IMG/VR virus record: IMGVR_UViG_2651870323_000004
Length of the DNA: 64,000 nt
Strand: one strand, 5' to 3'
Source: an uncultured virus (IMG/VR IMGVR_UViG_2651870323_000004)
Taxonomy: Duplodnaviria; Heunggongvirae; Uroviricota; Caudoviricetes
The position numbers and the translations under genes were made by a program. Positions 38,352 through 47,600 of the stretch are shown in pieces (the stretch's first letter is position 1; the number at the start of each line of letters is the position of its first letter). The notes beneath the pieces are model-generated. The model saw only the letters and a list, made by a program, of their open reading frames with translations. It was not told the origin of the DNA and did not search any database.

Positions 38352-38484
38352 TCTGCTGACCTGTCAAAGGCCTGCACTTTTTAGATCGACCTGCAGCTTT
38401 CGTGACGGCCTGCGGAAAAGTTGACGTCCTGCGAGATTTTTTGTAACCTGCAGCATCTTCAACGACCTGCGGGGAATTTTTTAT
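38352..38484. repeat. Seven-unit array with exact 19-bp period (CCTGC core, variable remainder)
   Basis: TCTGC at 38352; CCTGC at 38371, 38390, 38409, 38428, 38447, 38466. Confidence 0.9.
38421..38449 (+). promoter_or_regulatory. Sigma70-like promoter inside the array
   Basis: TTGACG-17 bp-TAACCT. Confidence 0.65.
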
Positions 38485-39523
38485 GGGATCTGGACTGAGC
38501 CGAATCATTGCCAACCATGACCAGTCGATAGAAGAGGGCTACGAAGCAGTTGTGAAGTTTGGGCGGCGTTCGTACGCTGTTTCAAATCTCCGCGGAGGCA
38601 TTGGTAAATCCACTCTCAGTTTCAACTTGGCATGGCTTTTCACCCGTCACTACGCCACGTTGGTTGCTGACCTGTGTCCACAAAAGAACTTGACCGAATC
38701 TCTGATGCGCGGTCAGAAAGCGGAAATCACAATTGGCGATGCACTGCGCCCAAAGGTGCTGGGTCCTGCATTTGGAGAAGTTCCGGAGGATATTTCTTAC
38801 CGTATTAGCAACTTCAACGATCATTTTAAAGGGGCTAAATCCGGGTATTTTGTGCCGGGCGATGGGCAGCTTTTTTCCTTCCCCTCTGCGCTATATCAGC
38901 AGCTCCAGCAGGCCATGGCGTCGAGCAATGAAAAAGCCGTGAGAAACATCCTACTGAGCCTGAAAGGTGTGTTGAACGACGAGGCAGAATCGAAGAGTTG
39001 CAGCAAGATTCTGATGGATTGCAGCCCTTTCTATGGCGGCGGTACTCATCTGGCATGGTGCGCCGCTGACGCGCTCATCATCCCTGTCCGTGTGGACGAG
39101 CACTCAATCGAGTCTTTAGATATCACGCTTGACATGCTCTCAAACCCTGCCAGCGACTTTAACGTCTGGGGGGCGAGGGCCGGTGGCATGGAAACTCCCA
39201 AGGTCGCGGCAATTGTTATGACAATGGTGGGCGCCCGGAGTCCTAAAAAAGGGGTCAAAGACCGCGCATCGCAAATGTATGTGGAACGTGCGTATGGCAC
39301 CGCGGCCAAGTATCCACATCTGTTCGACGTGGAAGATCCGGCCGATGCTTTCGTAATCACCGACGACTTCATGTCTGCAGGTCGCATCAGTGGGGCAGAA
39401 GGTATTCCCATTCCAAAATTGAAGGTAGGACAGTTCCACACTGTTAACGGTAGTCGTCTGCAGGTAAATCAATCACAAACCAAGTACCGCAAGGAACTGG
39501 AGTATTTGGCTGCCGTCCTATAA
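38483..39523 (+). CDS. Orphan ParA/MinD-family ATPase moron
   Basis: SNLRGGIGKST Walker A, ADLCPQKNLT, ILMDCSP Walker B, ADALIIPV; visibly AT-richer; no ParB neighbour. Confidence 0.88.
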   Translation: MGSGLSRIIANHDQSIEEGYEAVVKFGRRSYAVSNLRGGIGKSTLSFNLAWLFTRHYATLVADLCPQKNLTESLMRGQKAEITIGDALRPKVLGPAFGEVPEDISYRISNFNDHFKGAKSGYFVPGDGQLFSFPSALYQQLQQAMASSNEKAVRNILLSLKGVLNDEAESKSCSKILMDCSPFYGGGTHLAWCAADALIIPVRVDEHSIESLDITLDMLSNPASDFNVWGARAGGMETPKVAAIVMTMVGARSPKKGVKDRASQMYVERAYGTAAKYPHLFDVEDPADAFVITDDFMSAGRISGAEGIPIPKLKVGQFHTVNGSRLQVNQSQTKYRKELEYLAAVL

Positions 39524-39540
39524 GTAGCTTTCCGCTTCGC

Positions 39541-39569
39541 AAAGCCCGCTTCCGCGGGCTTTGTTGTTT
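39541..39569 (+). terminator. Intrinsic terminator after the ParA-like gene
   Basis: AAAGCCCGC-TTCC-GCGGGCTTT-GTTGTTT. Confidence 0.8.
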
Positions 39570-39578
39570 CTGGGCTCC

Positions 39579-39597
39579 GTACCAAGCCTGCCACCCT
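39579..39597 (+). promoter_or_regulatory. Late-promoter motif copy 7
   Basis: GTACCAAGCCTGCCACCCT, 6 nt before ATG 39604. Confidence 0.75.
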
Positions 39598-39603
39598 GCG
39601 GGC

Positions 39604-40035
39604 ATGACTGTTCACGCGCTGGAATACGACATCGAGGCGGTGCTGCCCTTCATGCGCGAGCGCATCCCGGGCTTCGCCACATGCGATGGCCAGCGGGCGA
39701 TCGGGCTGCGTCGCGACGGCGTGCTGGTGGCCGGCGCCGTGTACGAGGGGTTCAACGGCCGGAACCTATGGGTCCACCTGGCCGGCGCGCCCGGCGCGCG
39801 CTGGATGACACGCGAGTTCCTGCGGGCCGGCTTCGCCTACCCCTTCCTCGTGTGTGGGTGTGAGCGCATCAGCGGCTACGTGAACGCGAACAACCTGGCG
39901 GCCCGGCGCCTGAACGAACACCTGGGATGGCGGCCCGAGGCCCGGCTGCGTGGCGCGGCGCCCGACGGCGGCGACGTAATTCTGTACGTGATGTGGAAGA
40001 AGGATTGCAGGTATGTCTCGCTGGCATCGAACTGA
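39604..40035 (+). CDS. GNAT-family acyltransferase (virion-assembly associated)
   Basis: FAYPF..CERISGYVNANNLAARRLNEHLGWRPEARLR. Confidence 0.8.
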   Translation: MTVHALEYDIEAVLPFMRERIPGFATCDGQRAIGLRRDGVLVAGAVYEGFNGRNLWVHLAGAPGARWMTREFLRAGFAYPFLVCGCERISGYVNANNLAARRLNEHLGWRPEARLRGAAPDGGDVILYVMWKKDCRYVSLASN

Positions 40036-40879
40036 TTTCGACCTCCTTCCGGACCGGGCCTTCCGGCCCCGGGCCGGCGGAGGCATGTCCCTGGAGGGCG
40101 GCAAGGGTGGCGGCACGCCCGCGCCCGATCCGCGGCTGGTGGAGGCTCAGGTGCGAAACCTGGGCGTGCAGGACGATATGGTCCGGCAGATCATCCAGAA
40201 CACGAACGACATGGCTCCGCTCCAGAAGGAGCAGACCCAGTTCGCGCTGGACACCTCGCGCAAGGCCTGGGAGCAGTCTCAGGCAGACCGCGATTACGCG
40301 CTGGGCCGTCGCGACCAGCTGACCGGCCAGCAGGACCGGATGATCCAAGACGCGGCGACCTTCAACACGGAGGCGAAGCGCGAGGAGCTGGCCGGCCAAG
40401 CCGCGGCGGACGTGTCGCAGGCCTACACCGGCGCGCAGCGCACCCAGGCCGCAGAGATGTCGCGCATGGGCATCAACCCTGCGGATGGGAAATACGGTGC
40501 CGCGGGCAATGCGCTGGTGGCGCAGACGGGGCTCGCGCTCGCCCAGGCCAAGAACGGGGCGCGCACCGCCGCCCGCGCGGAGGGCCGCGCGTTGACCGAT
40601 CGCGCGAGCAACGCCCTGGCCGGCTACCCCACCATGGGTATGCAGACCACCGCTGCCACGGCGGGCTACGGCGCAGCCGGGCAGACCATCGCGAATACGG
40701 GGCTTGCGGGGCTCAATGCCGGCTACGGTCAGGCCGCCGGGGCGGCGAACGCCGCGACCAACTCGGCGACCAACGCATGGTCCGCGCAGAGCCAGGCGCA
40801 CCAGCAGAGCCAGGCCACGGCCGGCGCCAACACGGGCGCGATGCTGGGCATCGGTGTTTCCGCAGCGATCGCGATCTGA
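40013..40879 (+). CDS. DNA ejection/pilot protein (P22 gp7-like leader)
   Basis: N-terminal leader ending EGGKGGG; A/G/Q-rich body. Confidence 0.65.
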   Translation: MSRWHRTDFDLLPDRAFRPRAGGGMSLEGGKGGGTPAPDPRLVEAQVRNLGVQDDMVRQIIQNTNDMAPLQKEQTQFALDTSRKAWEQSQADRDYALGRRDQLTGQQDRMIQDAATFNTEAKREELAGQAAADVSQAYTGAQRTQAAEMSRMGINPADGKYGAAGNALVAQTGLALAQAKNGARTAARAEGRALTDRASNALAGYPTMGMQTTAATAGYGAAGQTIANTGLAGLNAGYGQAAGAANAATNSATNAWSAQSQAHQQSQATAGANTGAMLGIGVSAAIAI

Positions 40880-40881
40880 CG

Positions 40882-42234
40882 ATGCGGCCCGAACAAATCC
40901 TGAACGCCGAGGGCGTCGAGCTGCTGGCCTACTGGCGCCTCGCCGAGAGCGAGCCGGAGCATGCAGCCGAGTTACTGCGCCTGCTGGCCCTCCCGCGCGG
41001 CGCTCTTGTGGTTGACCTGGGCTGCGGCACGGGCCGGCTGGCCGAGCTGTGCCGGCCCGTGCGGCCGGACCTGCACTGGACGCTGGTGAACGTCGATCAC
41101 TGGCAGCTGGCGCAGGCGCCCGACTGGGCGGAGGTCGTTGCTACCGACATGGTGGCGACGGGGCTGCCGGCCGGGCGAGCGGACGCGGTGGTGGTGGCCT
41201 ACGCTTTGGGCTACTGCAATCCGGTGGCCGTGCTGGAAGAGGCGGCCCGGCTGCTGGCCCCCGGCGGGCAGTTGGTGCTCCATGAGCTGTACGCCGCGCG
41301 CCACGAGGAGCAGACCCTGGCCCGCGAGGTGCTGGGCTACCGCCTGGCCTCCTTCCCCGAGGTCAGCTTGTGGGCGCAGCTGGTGGGGTTCGATCTGGTG
41401 GTGGCGCTTCAGGATGAGCACCGAGCGCCCGGCCCCACGGTGGCCGGCGCGCTTCCGGTGTTCGGCCGCTTCGACCACAGCGTGGCGGTGTTCCGGCTCG
41501 GCGATCGTGGCCACGCTTTCCGCGGCCGCCGTGCTGCCCTGCAGTTCTCGGGCGGGAAGGACTCGCAGGCCTGCCTGCTCCTGCTGCGCCCCTTCGTGGA
41601 GCTGGGGCTGCCGGTGTACTGGACGCACACGGGCGACACGATCCCCGAGACGGTTGAAGTGGTAGAGGAGGCTCGAGCGTGGGTGCCGGACTTCCGGGTC
41701 ATCCATGCGGATGTCCTGGCGTGGAAGGCCACCCACGGCATGCCCAGCGACGTGACAACCGCGCAATCCGGCTGGATCGGCCGCCAGTACAGCATGAGCG
41801 ATGTCGCTCTGGTCGGGCGGATGGACTGCTGCTGGCACAACCTCATGCTTCCGATGCACGAGCGCATGCTGGCCGACGGCATCGACCTGGTGATCCGCGG
41901 CACGAAGCGGGCCGACACCGGCCGCGTGCCCGCCGTGGGCGCCACCGAGCACTACGACGTGCTGCTGCCGCTGCTGGACTGGAGCCACGGCGACGTGTTC
42001 GCCTACCTCGATCAGGTGGGCGCGCCGCGCAGTCCGGTGTACGACACCTTCCGGGCGATCAGCGCCCCAGAGTGCCTGCACTGCACGGCGTGGTGGGACG
42101 ACGGCAAGGCCGCATATCTCAAGCAGCGGCACCCCGAGGTGCTGCCGGAATACAGGATTGGCCTGCAAACGATCCGCGCTGAACTGGCGCGGCGGATGCA
42201 GGAGTTGGACGACGAACTTTCGGAGGCGGAGTAA
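40882..42234 (+). CDS. Class I SAM methyltransferase fused to APS/PAPS-reductase-like domain
   Basis: VDLGCGTG; LQFSGGKDS PP-loop; CC-X80-CLHC. Confidence 0.85.
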   Translation: MRPEQILNAEGVELLAYWRLAESEPEHAAELLRLLALPRGALVVDLGCGTGRLAELCRPVRPDLHWTLVNVDHWQLAQAPDWAEVVATDMVATGLPAGRADAVVVAYALGYCNPVAVLEEAARLLAPGGQLVLHELYAARHEEQTLAREVLGYRLASFPEVSLWAQLVGFDLVVALQDEHRAPGPTVAGALPVFGRFDHSVAVFRLGDRGHAFRGRRAALQFSGGKDSQACLLLLRPFVELGLPVYWTHTGDTIPETVEVVEEARAWVPDFRVIHADVLAWKATHGMPSDVTTAQSGWIGRQYSMSDVALVGRMDCCWHNLMLPMHERMLADGIDLVIRGTKRADTGRVPAVGATEHYDVLLPLLDWSHGDVFAYLDQVGAPRSPVYDTFRAISAPECLHCTAWWDDGKAAYLKQRHPEVLPEYRIGLQTIRAELARRMQELDDELSEAE

Positions 42235-43793
42235 TGGCAGCACCACGCGGCGGACTGGCGGCAGGTATCCTGCAGGGCCAGCAGATTTTTCAGAACTTCC
42301 ACGGGCAGTTCCAGCAGGCACAGCAGCAGCGTGCGCTTGATGAAGTGGCGAGCGCGCGGCCCGTGGAATCTACAGGCTTCACGGCAGACCAGGGCCAGCA
42401 GCTGGAAAGTCTGGCGAAGCAGGGTTTCGACAACATCACATTCGATGACGGCGCGAAGGCCTATGTGGCGAAGAACTCGGCCGGCGAGGCCCGGACGGTG
42501 GCCATGCAGGGCGTCACCGACTTCTTGGGCGAGCGTACTGCCGGCAGCATGGGCCGCGATCAGCAGGACAACCTGCGTATGCGGGCAATGGCGGACGCCA
42601 TCGGTCGGACCGATCCTGCCCGCGGCCTGCAAATGAGCCTGCAGGCGCAGCAGGGGCTGTTCGCCGCGCGCAAGCAGGGGCGAGAGGAGAAACAGTGGGC
42701 GCGCGAGGACGGCGTGGAGCGGATCGACGCGGAGATGGGGGCGAAGCTGAAGCAGGCTCTCGTGGGCCCGGATGGTCAACCGCGGCAAGCCACGGCGGAC
42801 GACTACCTGGCGAACACGCGGGAACGCGCACTGGCGCTTGCTCAGGCGGGCTATGCCAAGGAAGCGGATCAAGCGGCCAAGGACCACATGGCGCAGAGTC
42901 ACATCCAGATCCAGCTGCAGGCGGCGGCCCGCAAGGAGGCTGCAGGGAAGGCCGCCGCGGCGCTGGCTGCGGGCGACTACACCCAGCTGGCCGACGTCTA
43001 CAACCGGTTCGTGCCCAGCGGCGATAAGGTGACGGGCATCGAGGCGGGGAAGGACGGGCAGCTGTTGGTGCAGCGCACGGGGCTGGACGGGAAGCCGATG
43101 CCGCCTATCACGCTCAAAGACCGCGGCGAGGCGCTGGCCATGCTGAAGGCGCTGGACGATCCGATGGCGCTCTACCAATACAGCCAGCACGAGCTGCTGA
43201 ACCAACTGCGGCTGCGCGCTGAGGCCCGCGCGGACAATGCTGATCGCCGAGCCGACAACGCCGACGGCCGGGCGGCGGCGGCGCACGGCTTGGCCATGGC
43301 TGACCGGGGTGAGCGCCTGGCTGAGAAGCGCGAACTTCGCGACGTGCGCGAGGCGCTGGCACGGGAGACCGATCCGAAGATGACGCCGACCCAACTGCGC
43401 GCGGTGCGTGCGGGCATCCTGCAAACCCCTGGCTCGGACACTTCCAAGCTGAAGTACGACTACGACCCCACCAAAGTGCAGAAGGCGTTCGGAGAAACGT
43501 CCACCGACCCGCTTTCTGGGAAGGAGAAGGTCAAGCGGAACCCGGCCGCGGAACAGGAGTTCCAGGAATTCATGGCGGACAACCCCTCCATCCGGGACAC
43601 AGACGAGGGCCTGGTGCGTTTCAATCGCGCGAAGGTCCAGAAAGACCGCGCCTCGCGCCAAGCCGGCGACGCTGTCAAGGCCCAGGTGCGAAATGCCATG
43701 TCTCAGGAAAACCTCGACGCCACGGCCAAAAAATATGGCATGACGGTGGACGAGGTAATCAAGGAACTGCAGAAGCAGGGCATTTCAAAATAA
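42234..43793 (+). CDS. Internal virion/ejection protein
   Basis: 519-aa A/Q-rich helical protein, TAATG-coupled, in the ejection module. Confidence 0.65.
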   Translation: MAAPRGGLAAGILQGQQIFQNFHGQFQQAQQQRALDEVASARPVESTGFTADQGQQLESLAKQGFDNITFDDGAKAYVAKNSAGEARTVAMQGVTDFLGERTAGSMGRDQQDNLRMRAMADAIGRTDPARGLQMSLQAQQGLFAARKQGREEKQWAREDGVERIDAEMGAKLKQALVGPDGQPRQATADDYLANTRERALALAQAGYAKEADQAAKDHMAQSHIQIQLQAAARKEAAGKAAAALAAGDYTQLADVYNRFVPSGDKVTGIEAGKDGQLLVQRTGLDGKPMPPITLKDRGEALAMLKALDDPMALYQYSQHELLNQLRLRAEARADNADRRADNADGRAAAAHGLAMADRGERLAEKRELRDVREALARETDPKMTPTQLRAVRAGILQTPGSDTSKLKYDYDPTKVQKAFGETSTDPLSGKEKVKRNPAAEQEFQEFMADNPSIRDTDEGLVRFNRAKVQKDRASRQAGDAVKAQVRNAMSQENLDATAKKYGMTVDEVIKELQKQGISK

Positions 43794-43816
43794 TCCCTGC
43801 CGATCCAAGCTGGCGG

Positions 43817-44524
43817 TTATTTGGCGGAGCTGGAGATGTCGGCCAGTACCCGCTTGTGGGCTTCGATGAGGAACCACGACATTTTCTGATGGTCGTTCTT
43901 GGGATCGTTGGCGAGCTCCTTCACGTAGCGGTCGAGGGCCGCCTGCTTGACAGCATCCGCTCGGTAATCGATCCCGCCGGGGCGAGCTGCTTCCGTGTCC
44001 AAGAATGTGGAAACCGCAGTGGCCCATTCGCGCGTGGCGGATTGCTCTGTGGCCTGACCTTTGGGGGCTTGGCGCTGGGCCGATGCCGCCCTGAATTTTT
44101 CCTGACCCTCCGGAGTGCTGGTGTCGATCCAGCCCTGAGTTCGCATGCACGCTCCGGTTAGCTCTGCTTCGCGCTGGCGGGCGGCTGACACGGCGTAGGC
44201 GTTGGCGATATTCGCACCCATATTCGCACCCGTCGCATATCCAGAAGCCAAACCGCCGGACGGCGTGGTGTTTCCCTGGAACGTGCTGACGTTTCCATAG
44301 CTCGAAACGGTGCCCGTGGTGTTGTATCCGGTCGGCGCCGGTGCGGGCATGTACGCCTGCAATTTGGGCATCGGCGTTCGTCCAGCAGCGTAGCTTTCGC
44401 ACTCGGCCAGCGCCATCGTCGCGCCGTCGTGGCCTTCGCCCGCTCGCGCCGGGTGCTGCCATTTCGCAGTGCTTGCGCAGCCTGACAGCACCGCCAGAAC
44501 CATTGCCGAAATCGCGTAGCGCAT
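43817..44524 (-). CDS. Antisense lipoprotein moron
   Basis: Lipobox LSGC; two further Cys; opposite strand to late genes. Confidence 0.8.
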   Translation of the reverse strand: MRYAISAMVLAVLSGCASTAKWQHPARAGEGHDGATMALAECESYAAGRTPMPKLQAYMPAPAPTGYNTTGTVSSYGNVSTFQGNTTPSGGLASGYATGANMGANIANAYAVSAARQREAELTGACMRTQGWIDTSTPEGQEKFRAASAQRQAPKGQATEQSATREWATAVSTFLDTEAARPGGIDYRADAVKQAALDRYVKELANDPKNDHQKMSWFLIEAHKRVLADISSSAK

Positions 44525-44584
44525 CTTGCTTCCCCCTGAGTTTTCGTGCGCGGGAACTGTATCAGACCCCTATCGACGGGCTGC

Positions 44585-44603
44585 GTGCCAAGCCTGCCAG
44601 CCT
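44585..44603 (+). promoter_or_regulatory. Late-promoter motif copy 8
   Basis: GTGCCAAGCCTGCCAGCCT upstream of ATG 44631 (SD GAGGT). Confidence 0.75.
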
Positions 44604-44630
44604 TCCAGGGTTCACTTCAGAGGTGTGTCT

Positions 44631-47600
44631 ATGTCCCAGGATTTGCTCGCGATGGCGCGAGGTGATGGCGATGCTGCGGCCGGCGGCGGCTCCGACCTTT
44701 TCGAGATGGCCGGCTTCAGGCCCCAGCCCAAGAAGCCCGCAGAGCGCACCTGGGGCGAGGCAGCGACCGATACCGTGGTGCAGCTGGCCGAGGGCGTGAA
44801 CAACATCGCCGGGGCTGTGCCCAACCTGTTCGCGCCGCAGTCCGGGGTTGCGTCCTTCTTCCGGGACAATGCCGACCACTGGCGCGGGGAGCAGAGCGAG
44901 GCCCTGCGCCGCAAGGTCGCCGACGCGGACGCCCAGATCGCGCAGGCGAACCAGGATTCCATCGTGGACCAGGCCGTGGCCGCCGCGAAGGCCTACAGCA
45001 GCGATCCGGCGCTGGCGGCGCGGTTCGTCACCACCAACCTGCCCAGCATGCTCCCGGGCGTGGCCGCGGCCAAGGCGGCGCAGGTCGCGCGTCTCGCGGG
45101 CGGCGCCAGCGCGGCCGTCGCGGCGGGCACGGCCACCACGGCGGCGGGCGTGACCAATGCCGTGCTCAATGCTGGTGGAGCCCGGGGCGAGGCCTTCGAG
45201 GACATCCGCGACGCGCTCGTGAAGAAGGGCCATAGCCGCGAGGAGGCGGAGCGCATGGCGCTTGAGCGCTCGCGCATTCCGGCCGCCGTTGGCGCGGCCA
45301 CCGGCTTCCTGTCCGGGAAGATCGGGCTTGAGCACGCCGTGGTGGGCGGCGGCGGCGCCCGTGGCGGGCTGGCGGCCGGGGCGCGCTCGGTGGCGGCGGA
45401 GTTGCTGGGCGAGCAGGCGGAGGAGGTGCTGCCCCAGGTCGCGACGAACTACCAGGCCAGCGACATCGACCAGCGGCCGCTATCCCGGAACGTAGGCCGC
45501 ACAGCCGTGGAAACGGCCATCGGTTCGGCGCCGGGCGCGGGCGTGTCGGGCGCTATGACCGCGCTGCGCCGCGGTGATGCCGCCGCTGCGAAGACGGAAG
45601 AGGGCACGCCACCAGCAGAGGCGGGCACGCCTGCGGAAGACATGCTCCCCGACTCGCTGCCGGACCAGCCGGCGCGCCGCTCGGGCCCGGCGGCTGACGC
45701 TGCCGACACGGCCGCGGCTGTCACGCGGCTGGCGGAGCTGGAGGTCATCGACGGCAGCGTGGGCCTGAGCGAAGAGCAGAAGGTCGAACGGGCGGTGCTG
45801 GCCGAGCGCGTGGAGCGTGCCGCCGCGCGAGAGGAGGAGCTGGAGGCCATCGGCGAGACGCCCGAGGAAGCGGCCGGTGCTGCGGCACCGCGGCCCGAAG
45901 CTGCGCCCGCGGCGGAAGCAGCCCAGCCCGGAGATGCCAGCGCAGCGGGAGCTTCCCAGGATGGCAGCCAGCTGCAGCAGGAGCTGCGGGCTGTAGCCCA
46001 GCGATCGAGCGGCGACACGCGGCGCAACGCGGTGGAGCTGCTGGCCCGACTGGAGGGCGGCGGTATGCCGGCCCATGTGCAACGTTTCGTGGAGCGCGAG
46101 GCCGCCGAGCTGGTGGCCACTGCGCAGGCCGCGCCGGCCGAGGCTGCTGGTGCTGCGCCGGGCGCTGCTGCGGCTCCGACCGCCCCGGATCGGCTGACCC
46201 CACAGGAACGCCAGGAATTCGAGCGCGCCTACCGCCGCCCGGTAGCCGACCCGCTGGGCGAGCTGCAGGACCGCGTGCGCGCTGGCTCGGCCTACACCCA
46301 GGCCGGCGACGTGCAGCAGCTGCGCGATCAGTTGGAAGACGCCTGGCTCGAGCTGAACGTGGCGACCGAGACGCAACAGCCCGCGGCGGCGCCCGCGCAG
46401 ATCGACGGCGAGGCGATCCACCGCGTGGACGCCCAGCTGCGCACCCGGCGCATCCGCGACGCCCTGCAGAACCTGCTGGACGAGGACGTGGGCAACACGG
46501 TGCAGATCGTGGGCCGGCTCGATGGCGCGCTGGAGAAGATCGGCGAGCCGGGGCTGGATGACGGCGAGCGCCAGGCCGTGCGCCGCGTGGCGGACGCCTA
46601 CTTCGGCTTTCGCGGGGCTCGCGAGCGCTCGCCCCTGCCCAAGCCCGTGGAGCGGGCCGAGGACTGGGGCGCGGACAACAGCAGCATGGAAGCGCTCATC
46701 CAGGAACGCGGGGCGCCGCGTGCGCGCAGCCGGGACCGGTCGGGGTATGCGCCTGCTGCCGAAAGTGCCCGATCGACTGCCGCCGCGCCGGCGGTGGACG
46801 CCTTCGATCCTGGCGCAGTTCGCGCCAAGACCTGGCCGCAGTTCGTGGCCGAACGCGGCGAGAACGTGGCGCGGCTGCGCCGGGGCTCGCCCGCGTGGGA
46901 TCGCCTGCAGAACGAGTGGGCCGCCGTGAAGACGAAGCGCGCCGGCACGAACCCCGAGGGCACTGGCGCCGTGGGCGCGGCTACCCCCGAGATCCAGAAC
47001 CGCGACCGGGCCCGACCCGCCAGCGTGGTGCAGATGCAGGGCATGGCCCAGAGCCCCGACTACATGCGCCTGGGTCCGTCGCGCAGCCCCGAGACGGGTG
47101 CGCCCATGGTGTTCGCCGTGGGCGACCAGGTGCACGCCGCGCACGCGATCGGCCGGGGCGACACGGCGGTGATGAGCGACGGCCAGCGCGTGCCGTTCCA
47201 GTACGCGGTCATGGAAGCCGGCGACGTGCAGCCGTCCAACTTCGCCGACGGCGGGGTGAACCCGCTCTTCGACGCTGCACACCCGGGAACGGTGAAGGCG
47301 CTGAACAACGGGCGCACCGCGGGGCTGCGCGCGGCATACGAGCGCGGCACGGCCGACAGCTACCGGCAGGAGCTGATGGCCGACAGCGCCATGCACGGCA
47401 TCGACCCGCAGGTGATCGCCGGCATGCGCGCGCCCATGCTGGTGCGCCTCTACTCGGAGCGCGACAACCAGGCCAACATGGGCGCCAAGAGCCAGAGCCA
47501 GGCCCTGGGGCTGTCGGCCGCCGAGCAGGCCGCCACGGACGCCGCGCTGCTGGATACCGGCGTGCTCGACGTGCTCGAGGCGGGCGACCTGGCCGGCGCC

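Noticed and set aside
38352..38484. CRISPR array interpretation of the 19-bp repeats
   Set aside because: Conserved part is only 5-9 bp and variable part 10-14 bp; no cas genes in the window
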